Source: Candidatus Eiseniibacteriota bacterium (GTDB lineage: Bacteria; Eisenbacteria; RBG-16-71-46). Taken from it: DNA of 64,000 bases. Location: contig CAVQXP010000002.1 in assembly GCA_963717935.1 (NCBI GenBank), forward strand, positions 352,001 to 416,000, read 5' to 3'. The notes beneath the pieces were generated by a model. The model saw nothing but the letters and a program-made list of their open reading frames with translations. It was not told where the DNA came from and ran no database searches. Below, one piece after another: positions 1-10,614 of the stretch (position 1 is the first letter of the stretch; each line of letters begins with the position of its first letter). Both the position numbers and the translations under genes were made by a program.

Positions 1-1017
1 GCCGTGCGCTTCACGCTCATCTACCTGACGCCCACGGGCCAGGACCTGGTGTTCGACGAGAAGCGCGTCGAGACCGGGCAGTTCTTCGCGAACAAGGTAT
101 GGAACGCGGCCCGCCTGGTGCAGATGCGGCTCGGGGACGAGGACCTGTCGAAGGTGCGCGAGTCGTCACTCCGGCTCACGCTCGCCGACCGCTGGATCCT
201 GTCGCGCTACGCCAACGCGGTGAAGAACTTGACGCGGAACCTGAAGACCTACCGCTTCAACGAGGCGGCGAACACGATCTACCAGTTCGCCTGGGCCGAG
301 TACTGCGACTGGTACCTCGAGATGGCCAAGCCGCGCTGGGCCGAGGACGCCGATCCGGCGGACCGCCGCACGGCGCGCTGGGTGTCGTGGAAGGTGCTGG
401 ACGGCATCCTGCGCCTGCTGCACCCGTTCATGCCGTTCGTCAGCGAGGAGATCTGGCAGGCGCTGCCGCACGAAGGAGAGACCCTGGCGCTGGCGGCGTG
501 GCCGCGCGCGAAGAAGACCTGGTTCGATGCCGAGGTCGAGCGACAGGTCAGCTTCCTGCAGGAGCTGGTGGTGGCGGTGCGCAACCTCCGCGCCGAGAAC
601 AAGGTCGCACCCGGCCGGCCGGTGGCGGTGGTGGTGCGCGGCGAAGCGGCGCAGCTCGACATCATCGAGAAGCTCGCCGAGCAGATCCGGCCGCTGGCGA
701 GGATCGAGAGCCTCACGCTCGTCCGCGACGGCTCCCGCCCGCGCGTGGCCGCCTCCGCCGTGGTGCAGGGCGCCGAGGTCTTCCTGCCGCTCGAGGGCCT
801 CATCGACCTCGATGCCGAGCGCGAACGCCTGGTGCGCGAGGCCGACCGGCTGCTTCACGATCTCGAGGGCACGCGCAGGAAGCTCCTCAATTCGGAGTTC
901 CTCGCCAAGGCCAAGCCCGAGGTCGTCGAGCGCGAGCGCCAGCGCCTCGCCCAGCTCGAGGAGACCCTCGAGAAGCTGAAGAAGGCGCAGGAGTCGTTGC
1001 GGGTGGTCCGGGGCTAG
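1..1017 (+). CDS. valS: Valyl-tRNA synthetase, C-terminal part (5' end outside window)
   Basis: Anticodon-binding domain motifs (FANKVWNAAR, DRWILSR, YCDWYLE, LLHPFMPFVSEEIWQ) and C-terminal coiled coil (GLIDLDAERERL...FLAKAKPEVVERER). Confidence 0.97.
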   Translation, partial: AVRFTLIYLTPTGQDLVFDEKRVETGQFFANKVWNAARLVQMRLGDEDLSKVRESSLRLTLADRWILSRYANAVKNLTRNLKTYRFNEAANTIYQFAWAEYCDWYLEMAKPRWAEDADPADRRTARWVSWKVLDGILRLLHPFMPFVSEEIWQALPHEGETLALAAWPRAKKTWFDAEVERQVSFLQELVVAVRNLRAENKVAPGRPVAVVVRGEAAQLDIIEKLAEQIRPLARIESLTLVRDGSRPRVAASAVVQGAEVFLPLEGLIDLDAERERLVREADRLLHDLEGTRRKLLNSEFLAKAKPEVVERERQRLAQLEETLEKLKKAQESLRVVRG

Positions 1018-1073
1018 CCTGGACTATTCACGAGCCGCGTCGCGTGAATGCGGGATGACCGTGGGATGCCGCT

Positions 1074-2633
1074 TCAGCGCGTCCCCGCCCGCCGGTAGTG
1101 GCGCGTGAAGACGCGGCCGCCCGGGGACGGCCAGGTCCGATCCTCGACCAGCGTCCTGCCCTCCGCGGCCACGCGCTCCGTCCGCCGCTTCAGCTCGTGC
1201 CGGGACTCCGAGCTGAGGCTGCGCGACACGACCCAGACCTCGTCGAAGCCGGCAGAGCGCACGCGCGCGGCGGCGGCCGCTTCGTCCAGTTGCGCCGGCG
1301 TGAGGTGCCCCGAGAACGGCGCTTCGGCGTGCGAGACCTCGAAGGCCGGCAGCGGGGTCGCCAGCCTGGAGTCGTAGAACGCGAAGGGGTCCACGTCGAA
1401 CAACACGAGGACGCAGGTGCGCGCGGGCGCGCTCGCCGTGGCGATGTGCCCCACCACGCCCCGCCAGTTCTCCTTCCCGTGGTCGCGGTCATAGTGCGCG
1501 ACCCCGAACAGGTACATCAGGAGGAGCAGGACGCTCCAGGCGGCTCCCAGCGCGCGCGGTCGCAGACGCACCAGGCCGTGAGCCAGCAGCACGACGACCA
1601 TGGGGGAGAGGAAGACGAAGAAGCGCGGGAGCCAGAGCGGTACCCAGGGCGAGACCGCGAGCACCGCGGCCGGCGGCAGCAGCAGGCCGGCCAGCGTGAG
1701 CCGCAGCATCGGCCCGCGCGGTGCGGGCCCGGCCAGTCCGCCGAGCGCGCGCACGAGCGGCACCCCCACGAGCACGACCAGCAGGAGCCAGGCGAGCGGC
1801 CGGGGCAGCCAGGCCTCGAGCCCCGGCAGGGTCATCCCCGGTTCGCGGGTGACGATGGGCCCCGGTGCCAGGAACAGCGTGCGCACGACCTGGACGAGAC
1901 CGTGCGGTCCCGGCGCCGTGACGTACCAGTGGGTCTCGTCGAGCCCCGCGCCCCGGCCCCAGCTCGCGAGGACCCAGGGCAGGCAGAGCGCGGCCACGAC
2001 GAGCTGCGCCCGGAGCCACGGGACGAGCCGGCGCCGCGCGGCCGGGCTCAGGAGCACGAGGGCGGCCTGCACGCCGACGCCGAGCAGCGCGATGCTCTGC
2101 GTCCACATTCCGAGCACCGAGGCCAGAACGTAGGGGAACCACGCGCGCGGACGGCCCAGGAGCACGGCCCGCGCGAAGAAATGGAGCGCGCCGACCATGA
2201 AGAGCGCGACCAGCACGTAGCTGCGCGCTTCCTGCCCGTACATGATCTGGAAGGGTGAAACGGCCAGCAGCGCTGCCGCGAGCGTGGCTTCGCCGCGCCC
2301 CGCGAACAGGCGCGCGAAACGGTAGGTGGCCCAGACGAGCAGCACGGAGGCCAGAGCCGAGACGAGCCGGAGCTGGACCTCGCCCTGCCCGAGCCGGAGC
2401 GCCAGCGAGGTGAGCAGGTAGTAGAGCGGCGGGCTCTCCTCGCGTTCGGCGCAGCGGCGCACGAGCGTCCCGAAGGAGGCTGCGGCCGCGGTCCAGGTCG
2501 AGCCCTCGTCGGTCCAGACGCTGCGCATGCCGAGGTGGTAGAGACGCAGGGCCAGCGCGCCCGCCAGCACGGCCGGCAGGGCGAGCCTGTCCGTCCCGTC
2601 CCGCCGCGCCCTGCCGGGCGCCACGGCCGTCAT
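1074..2633 (-). CDS. GT-C fold (ArnT/PMT-like, GT39/GT83-type) integral membrane glycosyltransferase
   Basis: ALRLYHLGMRSVWTDEG and E-S-PPLYY motifs, QEARSY motif, many TM helices, periplasmic C-terminal domain. ATG at 2633 overlaps the wecB stop. Confidence 0.8.
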   Translation of the reverse strand: MTAVAPGRARRDGTDRLALPAVLAGALALRLYHLGMRSVWTDEGSTWTAAAASFGTLVRRCAEREESPPLYYLLTSLALRLGQGEVQLRLVSALASVLLVWATYRFARLFAGRGEATLAAALLAVSPFQIMYGQEARSYVLVALFMVGALHFFARAVLLGRPRAWFPYVLASVLGMWTQSIALLGVGVQAALVLLSPAARRRLVPWLRAQLVVAALCLPWVLASWGRGAGLDETHWYVTAPGPHGLVQVVRTLFLAPGPIVTREPGMTLPGLEAWLPRPLAWLLLVVLVGVPLVRALGGLAGPAPRGPMLRLTLAGLLLPPAAVLAVSPWVPLWLPRFFVFLSPMVVVLLAHGLVRLRPRALGAAWSVLLLLMYLFGVAHYDRDHGKENWRGVVGHIATASAPARTCVLVLFDVDPFAFYDSRLATPLPAFEVSHAEAPFSGHLTPAQLDEAAAAARVRSAGFDEVWVVSRSLSSESRHELKRRTERVAAEGRTLVEDRTWPSPGGRVFTRHYRRAGTR

Positions 2634-3709
2634 GCCGAGGTGCCCCGCAGGTGGTCCACGATCCGCTCGCCGGCGTGGCCGTCGCCGAACGGATTGGCCC
2701 AGCCGCCGCGCCGCGGGAGCATCTCCCGCGCGCAGGCCACGATGCGGTCCGGATCGGCGCCCGCCAGCACGTTGGCGCCCACCTCGACCGACTCGGGCCG
2801 CTCCGTGTTGTCGCGCAGCGTGACGCAGGGAACGCCCAGGCAGCAGGCCTCCTCCTGCAGGCCGCCGGAGTCCGTCAGCATGAGCGCCGCCTCGGCGTGG
2901 AGCCCGAGGAAGTCGAGGTAGCCCAGCGGTGGCAGCACCCGCAGCCCGTCGGTGAGCCGGGCGTCGAGCGTGGCGATGCGCGCCTGCGTGCGCGGGTGGA
3001 GCGCGGCGAGCACGACCAGGTCGAGCGCGGCCGCCACCGCCGCGAGGCCGCGCAGGCACCCGCGCAGCCGGGACGGGTCCTCCACGTTCTCCGCGCGATG
3101 CAGGGTGGCCAGCGCGAAGCGGCGCGGAGCGACCTCGAAGCGTTCGAGAAGACCGGGCTGCCGCGCCCGCTCGCGCTGCAGCAGCAGTTCGTCCACCACC
3201 GTGTTCCCGGTGACGAGGATGCGCTCGTCCGGGATGCCCTCGCCCAGCAGGATGGAGCGCGTCTTCGCGGTCGGGGCGAAGAGGTGGTCCGCGAGGTGGT
3301 CGGTGAGGATGCGGTTGAGTTCTTCGGGCATCCCGCGGTCGTAGGAGCGCAGTCCCGCCTCGACATGCCCGACCCGGATCCCGGCCTTGTTGGCGGCCAG
3401 CGCGGCGGCCAGCACCGAGTTCGTGTCGCCCTCGACCAGTACGACGTCGGGGCGGTGCTCGGCGAGCACCGTCTCCATGCCGCTCATGGTCATGGCGAGC
3501 TGGTAGGTCTGCGTGCCCGAGCCGACCTCGAGGTTGACGTCGGGGGCGGGCAGGTCCAGCTCGGCGAAGAACACGCCATCCATCTCGAAGGAATAGTGCT
3601 GGCCGGTATGGAGCAGCACGCAGGGCACGCCCCGGGCGCGGCAGGCGCGCACGAGCGGTGCCATCTTGATGATCTCGGGCCGCGTGCCGACGACGATGGC
3701 GGGCTTCAC
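2630..3709 (-). CDS. wecB: UDP-N-acetylglucosamine 2-epimerase (non-hydrolysing)
   Basis: GTRPEIIK, HTGQHY, GDTNS, HVEAGLRS, PEELNR, TDSGGLQEEA, RDNTERPE, PFGDG motifs. GTG start at 3709. Confidence 0.93.
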   Translation of the reverse strand: MKPAIVVGTRPEIIKMAPLVRACRARGVPCVLLHTGQHYSFEMDGVFFAELDLPAPDVNLEVGSGTQTYQLAMTMSGMETVLAEHRPDVVLVEGDTNSVLAAALAANKAGIRVGHVEAGLRSYDRGMPEELNRILTDHLADHLFAPTAKTRSILLGEGIPDERILVTGNTVVDELLLQRERARQPGLLERFEVAPRRFALATLHRAENVEDPSRLRGCLRGLAAVAAALDLVVLAALHPRTQARIATLDARLTDGLRVLPPLGYLDFLGLHAEAALMLTDSGGLQEEACCLGVPCVTLRDNTERPESVEVGANVLAGADPDRIVACAREMLPRRGGWANPFGDGHAGERIVDHLRGTSA

Positions 3710-4689
3710 GCGGCGGGTCTCGGCACGGTCCTGAAGCGCGGGTTCACGCGCCGGAGCCGCGGGTCGGCGGCCGCCTCGCGGGCATGCTGCTCGAGCGTCA
3801 GCACCCGGAAGTGGGCCGCGAGCTGGCTCACGGCGTCGCCCACGACCGCAAGCTTCCGTTCCGCGGAAAGGCTCATGCCCGGGAAGAAGGCCAGGGCCTC
3901 GACGTCCTCGCGGCCCAGGAAATCGAGCGAGTGGAGCAGCAGCGACGGCTGAGCCCCGCTCATCCGGCACAGGCGCAGGGCGGTGGCGAAGTAGGCCGAC
4001 GCGAGCGCCGGCGAGTAGCTGCTCAGGTAGACCAGGTAGCTGAAGTGGATGGGCACCCGCAGCAGCGGCATGGTCGTGACCGGGATCTCCACCATCCCGC
4101 CGTCCTCGAGCGCCCAGCGGTACGGGCGGTTGGGGCGCAACCCCTCGCGCAATGTGCCGAAGAGCGCGGCGCGCTGCCGCTTCTCCGCGGCGCTCAGCCG
4201 CGCCGTCATGAAGTAGTAGGCGCGGGCCAGGGGCCCGAGGAAGGTCGGGAAGGTGGAGGCGTCGTACTGGTATCCGCGCCGCGCGAGCACGCGCAGCGTG
4301 GCGGCCGAAAGGCTGAAGCCCGGGCCGCGGAACCCGACGGGCCGCCGTCCGGTGGCCGCCTCGATCACCTCTTCGGCCGAGGCCAGCTCGGCCTCGATCT
4401 CGGCCTCCGAGTACAGGTGCAGCCAGGGCTGGTGGTGGAAGGAGTGGTTGCCGATCTCGTGCCCGGCGAGCGCCAGCGCCCGCAGCGGTCCACGGTTGGG
4501 CTCCAGCGCCGCGTCCTGTCCCACGACGAAGAAGCTGATCGTCAGGTTCCGCCCGGCCAGGAAGTCCAGGATGCGCGGGATCACGAGCGGCAGGTAGGTG
4601 GGGAAGGACTCCCAGCCCCGGTCGCCGTGGGTCTTCATGTACGACCACTGGTTGTCGAGGTCGAGCGACAGGCTGGCGACAGGCTTCAT
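3706..4689 (-). CDS. Polysaccharide deacetylase (NodB/CE4-like)
   Basis: SLDLD near the N-terminus, FFVVG, GHEIGNHSFHH metal motif, GFRGPG, YDAS. Confidence 0.85.
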   Translation of the reverse strand: MKPVASLSLDLDNQWSYMKTHGDRGWESFPTYLPLVIPRILDFLAGRNLTISFFVVGQDAALEPNRGPLRALALAGHEIGNHSFHHQPWLHLYSEAEIEAELASAEEVIEAATGRRPVGFRGPGFSLSAATLRVLARRGYQYDASTFPTFLGPLARAYYFMTARLSAAEKRQRAALFGTLREGLRPNRPYRWALEDGGMVEIPVTTMPLLRVPIHFSYLVYLSSYSPALASAYFATALRLCRMSGAQPSLLLHSLDFLGREDVEALAFFPGMSLSAERKLAVVGDAVSQLAAHFRVLTLEQHAREAAADPRLRRVNPRFRTVPRPAA

Positions 4690-4783
4690 GGCGCCGCAGG
4701 ATGCGGTCGGTGCCGGGACAAATCAAGCCGGATGACGCCGGGAGCCCGGATCGATCCCTCCCGGGCCCGCGGACGCGCAGCCA

Positions 4784-6253
4784 TCATGGCCGCGCCGGTC
4801 CGCCCGCTTCGTCCGGCGCGTAACGGTACAGGTAGCGGGGCCAGCCGTGATTCCATCGCTTCGGCAGGCCCTGCAGCCCCGCGAACCGGTCCCCCAGATC
4901 GGCATCCAGCACGTAGTACGGACTCAGGATCCTCAGACAGGGGAGGACGTCGAGCGGGCGGTTCGTGAGGATGTAGGCCCTCCCCGGCGGGTGGATCGCG
5001 GGGGCCAGAGCGGCACGGACGGCCTGCGGCCCCTTGCCGCCGGCGCGCATCATGTCGTCCAGGGTGGTCCAGTGGGCCGCGGGGACGAACCGGTAGTCGC
5101 CCGGCAACTGCCCGATCCACGGCGCATACACGCTGCCCGGCAGGGCGCGGAGCATGCGGATGAGGGCCGCGTACTGATCGTCTGCATGCCGCGATGGGAT
5201 GACGCTCCTCGGGCTGTAGAGGAGCATCGCGAACGACAGGAAGAGCGCCAGCCGCTCGAGCCGGATGCCGCGCGCCGGCACGGGCCGCGCGCCGAGGGCA
5301 TGCAGCCCCAGGGCCCCGACCAGGATGGTCCAGACCCCGAGCGGGATGAAGACGTTGTCGGACGAGCCCGGGTCCAGCGCCCCCATGAAGGCGGTGAGGA
5401 CGGCGAACGGGAACTGGAAGTGCCAGGCGCTCAGCCTTCTCCGGTCCGTCCGCGCCAGATGGAGGATCAGGAGCACGGCCGAGGCGAGCAGGACGCCGTA
5501 ATACCTGGCGAAGAACATCAGCGGTCTGACGAACGTGCCCGAATCGAGCTGGCTCCAGCCCCGCGGCATCTCCCACGTGTAGTAGTGGAACCCGGGACCG
5601 AACAGCGCGGTCCCCGCGAAGATGTGGAGCGCGGGACCGAGCAGCAGCAGTGCCAGCCAGTACATCCACGAGCGCGCCCACCCCTCACGCCAGGTCAGGA
5701 ACAGGGCCCCGCCGAGGGCGAAGCAGGCGCCATGCTGCTTGAACCAGAATGAGGCGATCAGCAGGAGCAGGCCCGCCCACCTCCCGAGGCGCGAGCGGCC
5801 CTGATCGAGCAGCCAGGTCCCGAGCAGGGCGGTGAAGATCAGCCAGGAATCGGAGTGGGCCGTGTCCAGGTAGGCATCCATGGCGCGGTAGGCCGCCGCG
5901 AACAGCCCGGCGGTCAGGAGCCCCCACGACGAGGAGCCCGTCCTCCTGGCGACGACGAGGTAGAGGATCAGCGTGGAGCCCAGCGTGGCGAGGATGGAGA
6001 ACAGCCGCAGCGCGAACAGCCCCGGCCCCAGGAGCCAGGTCATGGGGAGGACCGCGAAGTAGTAGAGCGGGTTGTAGGCCAGCGCCACGAAACCGGACTG
6101 CACGGCGTCGTAGATCGGCTGGTGCCGCAGCGCCCGCAGGACGTGCTGCAGGACCGTGAATTCCATCAGGTCCAGGGTGAAGGGAAAGCGCGCGTGGGTG
6201 ACCCACAGGAACATCACGAACAGGATGTTCCCGGACGCCAGCGCTCCCAGCAT
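4784..6253 (-). CDS. GT-C-like polytopic membrane protein (putative glycosyltransferase); N-terminus may extend to ~6370
   Basis: FPFTLDLME, YNPLYY, D-T-A-H-S-D, and KQ after a TM helix. A hydrophobic in-frame extension (LRYWLALAAIASVLAV) lies upstream of the annotated Met. Confidence 0.65.
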   Translation of the reverse strand: MLGALASGNILFVMFLWVTHARFPFTLDLMEFTVLQHVLRALRHQPIYDAVQSGFVALAYNPLYYFAVLPMTWLLGPGLFALRLFSILATLGSTLILYLVVARRTGSSSWGLLTAGLFAAAYRAMDAYLDTAHSDSWLIFTALLGTWLLDQGRSRLGRWAGLLLLIASFWFKQHGACFALGGALFLTWREGWARSWMYWLALLLLGPALHIFAGTALFGPGFHYYTWEMPRGWSQLDSGTFVRPLMFFARYYGVLLASAVLLILHLARTDRRRLSAWHFQFPFAVLTAFMGALDPGSSDNVFIPLGVWTILVGALGLHALGARPVPARGIRLERLALFLSFAMLLYSPRSVIPSRHADDQYAALIRMLRALPGSVYAPWIGQLPGDYRFVPAAHWTTLDDMMRAGGKGPQAVRAALAPAIHPPGRAYILTNRPLDVLPCLRILSPYYVLDADLGDRFAGLQGLPKRWNHGWPRYLYRYAPDEAGGPARP

Positions 6254-6642
6254 CCAGGAGATCCCGCGGCTGATGCGGGCCCGGCGCCCGAGAGGCGACG
6301 CCTCGAGGACCGCGAGGACCGATGCGATGGCCGCCAGGGCCAGCCAATACCGGAGGGGGAGGTGCGTTCAGCGCTCCTTGGAGGCAGGTCGTGACCGGGC
6401 CGTCCGACGGGCGGCCCGCTGCGGTCCCGGGGAGGATGGGGCGAGCGCCGGCCCAAATCAAGCTGGCGTGCTTCGCCACGGGTGCCGACAATGGTATAAG
6501 GTGCGCTTGCGAACCGCCCCCGGGTCGCGGCCCGGGTTGCCGCCTGCCTTCCGTGCTCGCAGGGCCCGGGAGTCATCGTACCGGTAGAGTGGGATCTCGC
6601 GCGGCGGGCCGACCTCGCGGATCTCCACCGGGAGACTGATCC

Positions 6643-7758
6643 ATGACCCTTGCCGAGTCGCCTTCCAGGCCCGTGGGTGAGACGCCGGCAGCGTGCCAGG
6701 AGGCCGGCAGGTCCCTGGTTTCGATCGTCGTCCCCGCCTTCAACGAGGCCGATGGCCTCGAGCGCAACCTCACGGCCGTGTGCCGTTACATGGAGACGCT
6801 CGAGGACGCCTGGCGCTGGGAGCTGGTCGTCGTCGACGACGGCAGCACGGACGACACCGGCCGGCTGGCGGACGAGTTCGCGCGCGTGCGCGGCAACGTC
6901 CACGTCCTGCACCACCTGACCAACTTCGGTCTGGGCCAGGCGCTGCGTTCCGGGTTCAGCCACTGCCGCGGCGACTACGTCGTGACGCTCGACATGGATC
7001 TGAGCTATGCGCCCGAGCACATCGGTGCCCTGCTCGAGCGGATCCGCGCCAGCGGGGCCAAGGTCGTGGTGGCGTCCCCGTACATGAAGGGCGGGCGGGT
7101 CTCGAACGTGCCCTGGTTCCGGCTACTGCTGAGCGCGTGGGCGAACCGCTTCCTGTCCATGGCCACGAACCACAGCGTCTCCACGGTGACCGGCATGGTC
7201 CGGGCCTACGACGGCCCCTTCCTGCGCTCGCTGAGCCTCAAGTCCATGTACACGGAGATCAACCCGGAGGTCATCTACAAGGCGCTGCTGCTGAACGCCC
7301 GCATCGACGAGATCCCGGGGCACCTCGACTGGGCACTCCAGCGCGCGCCGGGGACGGTCCGGCGCTCCAGCGCCCGGGTGAAGCGCCAGACCCTGCAGGT
7401 GCTGCTCGCGGGCTTCCTCTTCCGCCCGGTCATGTTCTTCATCCTCCCGGGCACGCTGATCCTGCTGTTCTCGCTCTACACCAACGCCTGGATGTTCATC
7501 CATTTCTTCGAGCAGTACGGCACGCTGTCCAGGATCCGGGGCTTCGAGGACCGGGCGACGGCGGCGGTGGGGGCCGCCTTCCAGCAGTATCCCTACACCT
7601 TCATCATCGGCCTGATGAGTCTGATCCTGGCGGTCCAGCTTCTGAGCCTCGGGATCGTGGCTCTGCAGAACCGGGAGTACTTCAAGGAGATGTTCTACCT
7701 TGGCACGCGAATCCAGCGATTCACCAGGGAACACCGCAAGGAGAATACGGATGACTGA
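6643..7758 (+). CDS. GT2 glycosyltransferase, polyprenol-phosphate glycosyltransferase (DPM1/ArnC-like) with C-terminal TM helices
   Basis: SIVVPAFNE, VVDDGSTDDT, NFGLGQAL, DMDLSY (DXD), two C-terminal TM segments. Confidence 0.88.
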   Translation: MTLAESPSRPVGETPAACQEAGRSLVSIVVPAFNEADGLERNLTAVCRYMETLEDAWRWELVVVDDGSTDDTGRLADEFARVRGNVHVLHHLTNFGLGQALRSGFSHCRGDYVVTLDMDLSYAPEHIGALLERIRASGAKVVVASPYMKGGRVSNVPWFRLLLSAWANRFLSMATNHSVSTVTGMVRAYDGPFLRSLSLKSMYTEINPEVIYKALLLNARIDEIPGHLDWALQRAPGTVRRSSARVKRQTLQVLLAGFLFRPVMFFILPGTLILLFSLYTNAWMFIHFFEQYGTLSRIRGFEDRATAAVGAAFQQYPYTFIIGLMSLILAVQLLSLGIVALQNREYFKEMFYLGTRIQRFTREHRKENTDD

Positions 7759-8980
7759 GCCTGTGAATGCACCGAAGCCCATGACGCTGCCGTCGGACCA
7801 GGACGCCTCGGGGCGGACTCTGGGGGACGAGGAGATCGCCGCCCTTACCGCCGTCATCAAGAGCGGTCACCTCTGGACCAACCGCGGGACCACGGGCAAG
7901 GCGCTCGAGGAGCAGTTCGCGCAGATGATGGGCGTGAAGCACGCGTACGCGGTGACGTCGGGGACGGCGGCCCTGCACGCGGCCGTCGCCGCGATCAACC
8001 CCAATCCCGGGGACGAGATCATCACGACCTCGATCACCGACATGGGCGCGCTGACGCCGATCCTCTACCAGGGCGCCATCCCGGTGTTCGCCGATGTGGA
8101 CCCCGTCACCTACAACCTGACGGCGAAGACCATCGAGCGCTGCCTGAGCCCGCGCACGAAGGCCATCATGGTCACGCACCTGTTCGGCAATCCCTGCGAC
8201 ATGGACGAGATCATGGCGCTCGCCGATGCGCACAAGATCCCGGTGATCGAGGATTGCGCCCAGTCCTACCTCGCCCGCGCGAACGGCCGGCTGGTCGGGA
8301 CCATCGGCGCGATCGGCTGCTTCAGCCTGCAGCAGGGCAAGCACATCACTACCGGCGAGGGCGGGCTCGTCGTCTCGAGCGACCCGGCGCTGGCGCGCCG
8401 CGCGTTCCTGTTCATCAACAAGGCGTGGGGCTACGGCGACCAGAACCCGGACCACTACTTCCTGGCGCTGAACTACCGCATGAGCGAGCTGCAGGGCGCG
8501 GTGGCGGTGGCACAGCTGCCGAAGCTCGCGGGCGTGGTCAAGGCGCGCGTCGCCCTGGCCGACGCGATGACCGCCCGCCTGAAGGGCATGGACGGCGTCG
8601 AGACGCCCTACGTGAACCCGAAGAACCTCCACACCTACTGGAAGTACTGCCTGCGGGTGGACGGCGCGAAGATCGCCGACGGCGCGGTGGGGCTGGCGAA
8701 GGTGCTGAAGGACAAGGGCGTCGCCTCGGGGCCGCGCTACATCCAGAAGCCCTCGTTCATGTGCGAGGTCTTCCAGAAGCAGCGCACCTTCGGCGACAGC
8801 CGCTGGCCGTTCACGCTGGCGCGGCCGGAGGCGGTGAACTACGACCGCGCGCTGTTCCCCGGGACCTACGAGGCGCTGGAGAAGGTGCTCGTGCTGCCGT
8901 GGAACGAGCGCTACACCGAGGCGCACCTGGACTTCCTCGCGACCTCGATCCGCGACGCCGCGGCGCTGGCGAAGAAGTGA
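7751..8980 (+). CDS. DegT/DnrJ/EryC1/StrS PLP-dependent sugar aminotransferase
   Basis: SGTAALH, HLFGNPCDM, IEDCAQS, FSLQQGKHITTGEGG, NYRMSELQ. Confidence 0.92.
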   Translation: MTEPVNAPKPMTLPSDQDASGRTLGDEEIAALTAVIKSGHLWTNRGTTGKALEEQFAQMMGVKHAYAVTSGTAALHAAVAAINPNPGDEIITTSITDMGALTPILYQGAIPVFADVDPVTYNLTAKTIERCLSPRTKAIMVTHLFGNPCDMDEIMALADAHKIPVIEDCAQSYLARANGRLVGTIGAIGCFSLQQGKHITTGEGGLVVSSDPALARRAFLFINKAWGYGDQNPDHYFLALNYRMSELQGAVAVAQLPKLAGVVKARVALADAMTARLKGMDGVETPYVNPKNLHTYWKYCLRVDGAKIADGAVGLAKVLKDKGVASGPRYIQKPSFMCEVFQKQRTFGDSRWPFTLARPEAVNYDRALFPGTYEALEKVLVLPWNERYTEAHLDFLATSIRDAAALAKK

Positions 8981-8988
8981 CGGGCGCC

Positions 8989-9981
8989 ATGACCAGGAGA
9001 CTGGATTTCGGGCTCGTCGGGGCGGGGGCCATCGCGCAGACCTACGCGCCGGCCTTCGAGCAGTGCGAGACCGCGCGGCTGGTGGGGGTCGCCGATTCGC
9101 GGGCGGAGGCCGCCGCCGCGCTGGCCGAGCGGCTGAAGTGCCCGGCCTTCGCCTCGTACCAGGCGCTGGGCGACGGCGCGAAGCTCGACGCCGTCGTCAT
9201 CTCGACGCCGCCGGACCGCCATCCGGAGATCGCCATCCACTTCCTGCAGCGCGGCGTGCACGTGCTGTGCGAGAAGCCCTTCAGCCTCGACTCGCAGAGC
9301 GCCCGCGCGATGGTGGCCGCGGCCGCGAAGTCGGGGGCCCTGCTGACCATGGCCTCGAAGTTCCGCTACGTCGACGACGTGGTGAAGGCGAAGAGCCTGC
9401 TGGCCTCCGGCGCCCTGGGCGAGATCGTGCTGTTCGAGAACGCGTTCACCTCGCGCGTGGACATGTCGTCACGCTGGAACTCCGATCCCCGCGTCAGCGG
9501 CGGCGGCGTGCTGGTGGACAACGGCACGCACTCGGTGGACATCATGCGCTACCTGCTCGGTCCGATCGGCGAGGTGCAGGTGGTGGAAGGCAAGCGGATC
9601 CAGGGGCTGAAGGTCGACGAGACCGTCCACGTCCACGCGCGCAGCGTGAGTGGGGTCGACGGGACCATCGACCTGTCCTGGAGCATCAACAAGGAGCTGG
9701 AGCGCTACATCAGCCTCTACGGCTCGGCCGGCACGGTGCTCGTCGGCTGGAAGGAGTCCAGGTTCCGGCCGGCCACGAGCCGGGAGTGGGTGCCGATCGG
9801 CAAGGGCTACGACAAGTTCCAGGCGTTCCGCAGCCAGATCGACAACTTCTCGCGCGCGGTCGCCGGGGAGGAGGCCCTGCTGATCACGCCCGAGGACGCG
9901 ATCGCCTCCGTCGAGGTGATCGAGGCGGCCCGGATCTCGCTCGCCGAGAACCGCTGGGCGCCCGTGGGGGGCAAGCCATGA
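8989..9981 (+). CDS. Gfo/Idh/MocA family NAD-dependent sugar oxidoreductase
   Basis: GLVGAGAIA Rossmann motif, HVLCEKP, GGGVLVDNGTH. Confidence 0.9.
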   Translation: MTRRLDFGLVGAGAIAQTYAPAFEQCETARLVGVADSRAEAAAALAERLKCPAFASYQALGDGAKLDAVVISTPPDRHPEIAIHFLQRGVHVLCEKPFSLDSQSARAMVAAAAKSGALLTMASKFRYVDDVVKAKSLLASGALGEIVLFENAFTSRVDMSSRWNSDPRVSGGGVLVDNGTHSVDIMRYLLGPIGEVQVVEGKRIQGLKVDETVHVHARSVSGVDGTIDLSWSINKELERYISLYGSAGTVLVGWKESRFRPATSREWVPIGKGYDKFQAFRSQIDNFSRAVAGEEALLITPEDAIASVEVIEAARISLAENRWAPVGGKP

Positions 9982-10607
9982 GCGCGCGCATCCATCCCAC
10001 CGCCCTGATCGAGGAAGGCGTCGAGATCGGGGCCGGCAGCTCGATCTGGGACAACGTGCACATCCGGCACGGGGCGCGGATCGGCGAGGAGTGCATCGTC
10101 GGCGAGAAGAGCTACATCGCCTACGACGTGCGCATCGGGAACCGCGTGAAGATCAACGCGATGGTCTACATCTGCGCGGCGGTGACCATCGAGGACGGCG
10201 TCATGATCAGCGCCTCCACGACCTTCACGAACGACCGCTTCCCGCGGGCCTGCACGAACGACCTGCGGAGCCTCAAGCCCTCCGAGCCCGACGAGCACAC
10301 GCTGCCCACGCGGGTGAAGGAGGGAGCCACCCTGGGCGCGGCGTGCACGGTCGGCAACGACCTGTCGATCGGGCGCTTCGCCATGATCGGCATGGGCGCG
10401 CTGGTGACCCGGAGCGTCCCGGACTTCCACCTGGCCATCGGCAGCCCGGCGCGCTCGATCGGCTGCGTGTGCCGCTGCGGGCAGCCGTTCCTGCGCTTCC
10501 CCACGCCGGGCGGGCGCGGCGCCAGCGGCGAGTTCACCTGCACGGTCTGCGGGCTGAAGTACGCGGTGCGGGACGGGCTGGTCACGGAGGTGGCACCGCC
10601 CGCGTGA
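9978..10607 (+). CDS. Hexapeptide-repeat sugar N-acyltransferase (WbpD/WlbB-like) with C-terminal Cys4 ribbon
   Basis: IHPTALIEEGVEIGAGSSIW, TFTNDRFPR, C-terminal CRCG...CTVCG. Confidence 0.85.
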   Translation: MSARIHPTALIEEGVEIGAGSSIWDNVHIRHGARIGEECIVGEKSYIAYDVRIGNRVKINAMVYICAAVTIEDGVMISASTTFTNDRFPRACTNDLRSLKPSEPDEHTLPTRVKEGATLGAACTVGNDLSIGRFAMIGMGALVTRSVPDFHLAIGSPARSIGCVCRCGQPFLRFPTPGGRGASGEFTCTVCGLKYAVRDGLVTEVAPPA

Positions 10608-10614
10608 GGGTCGC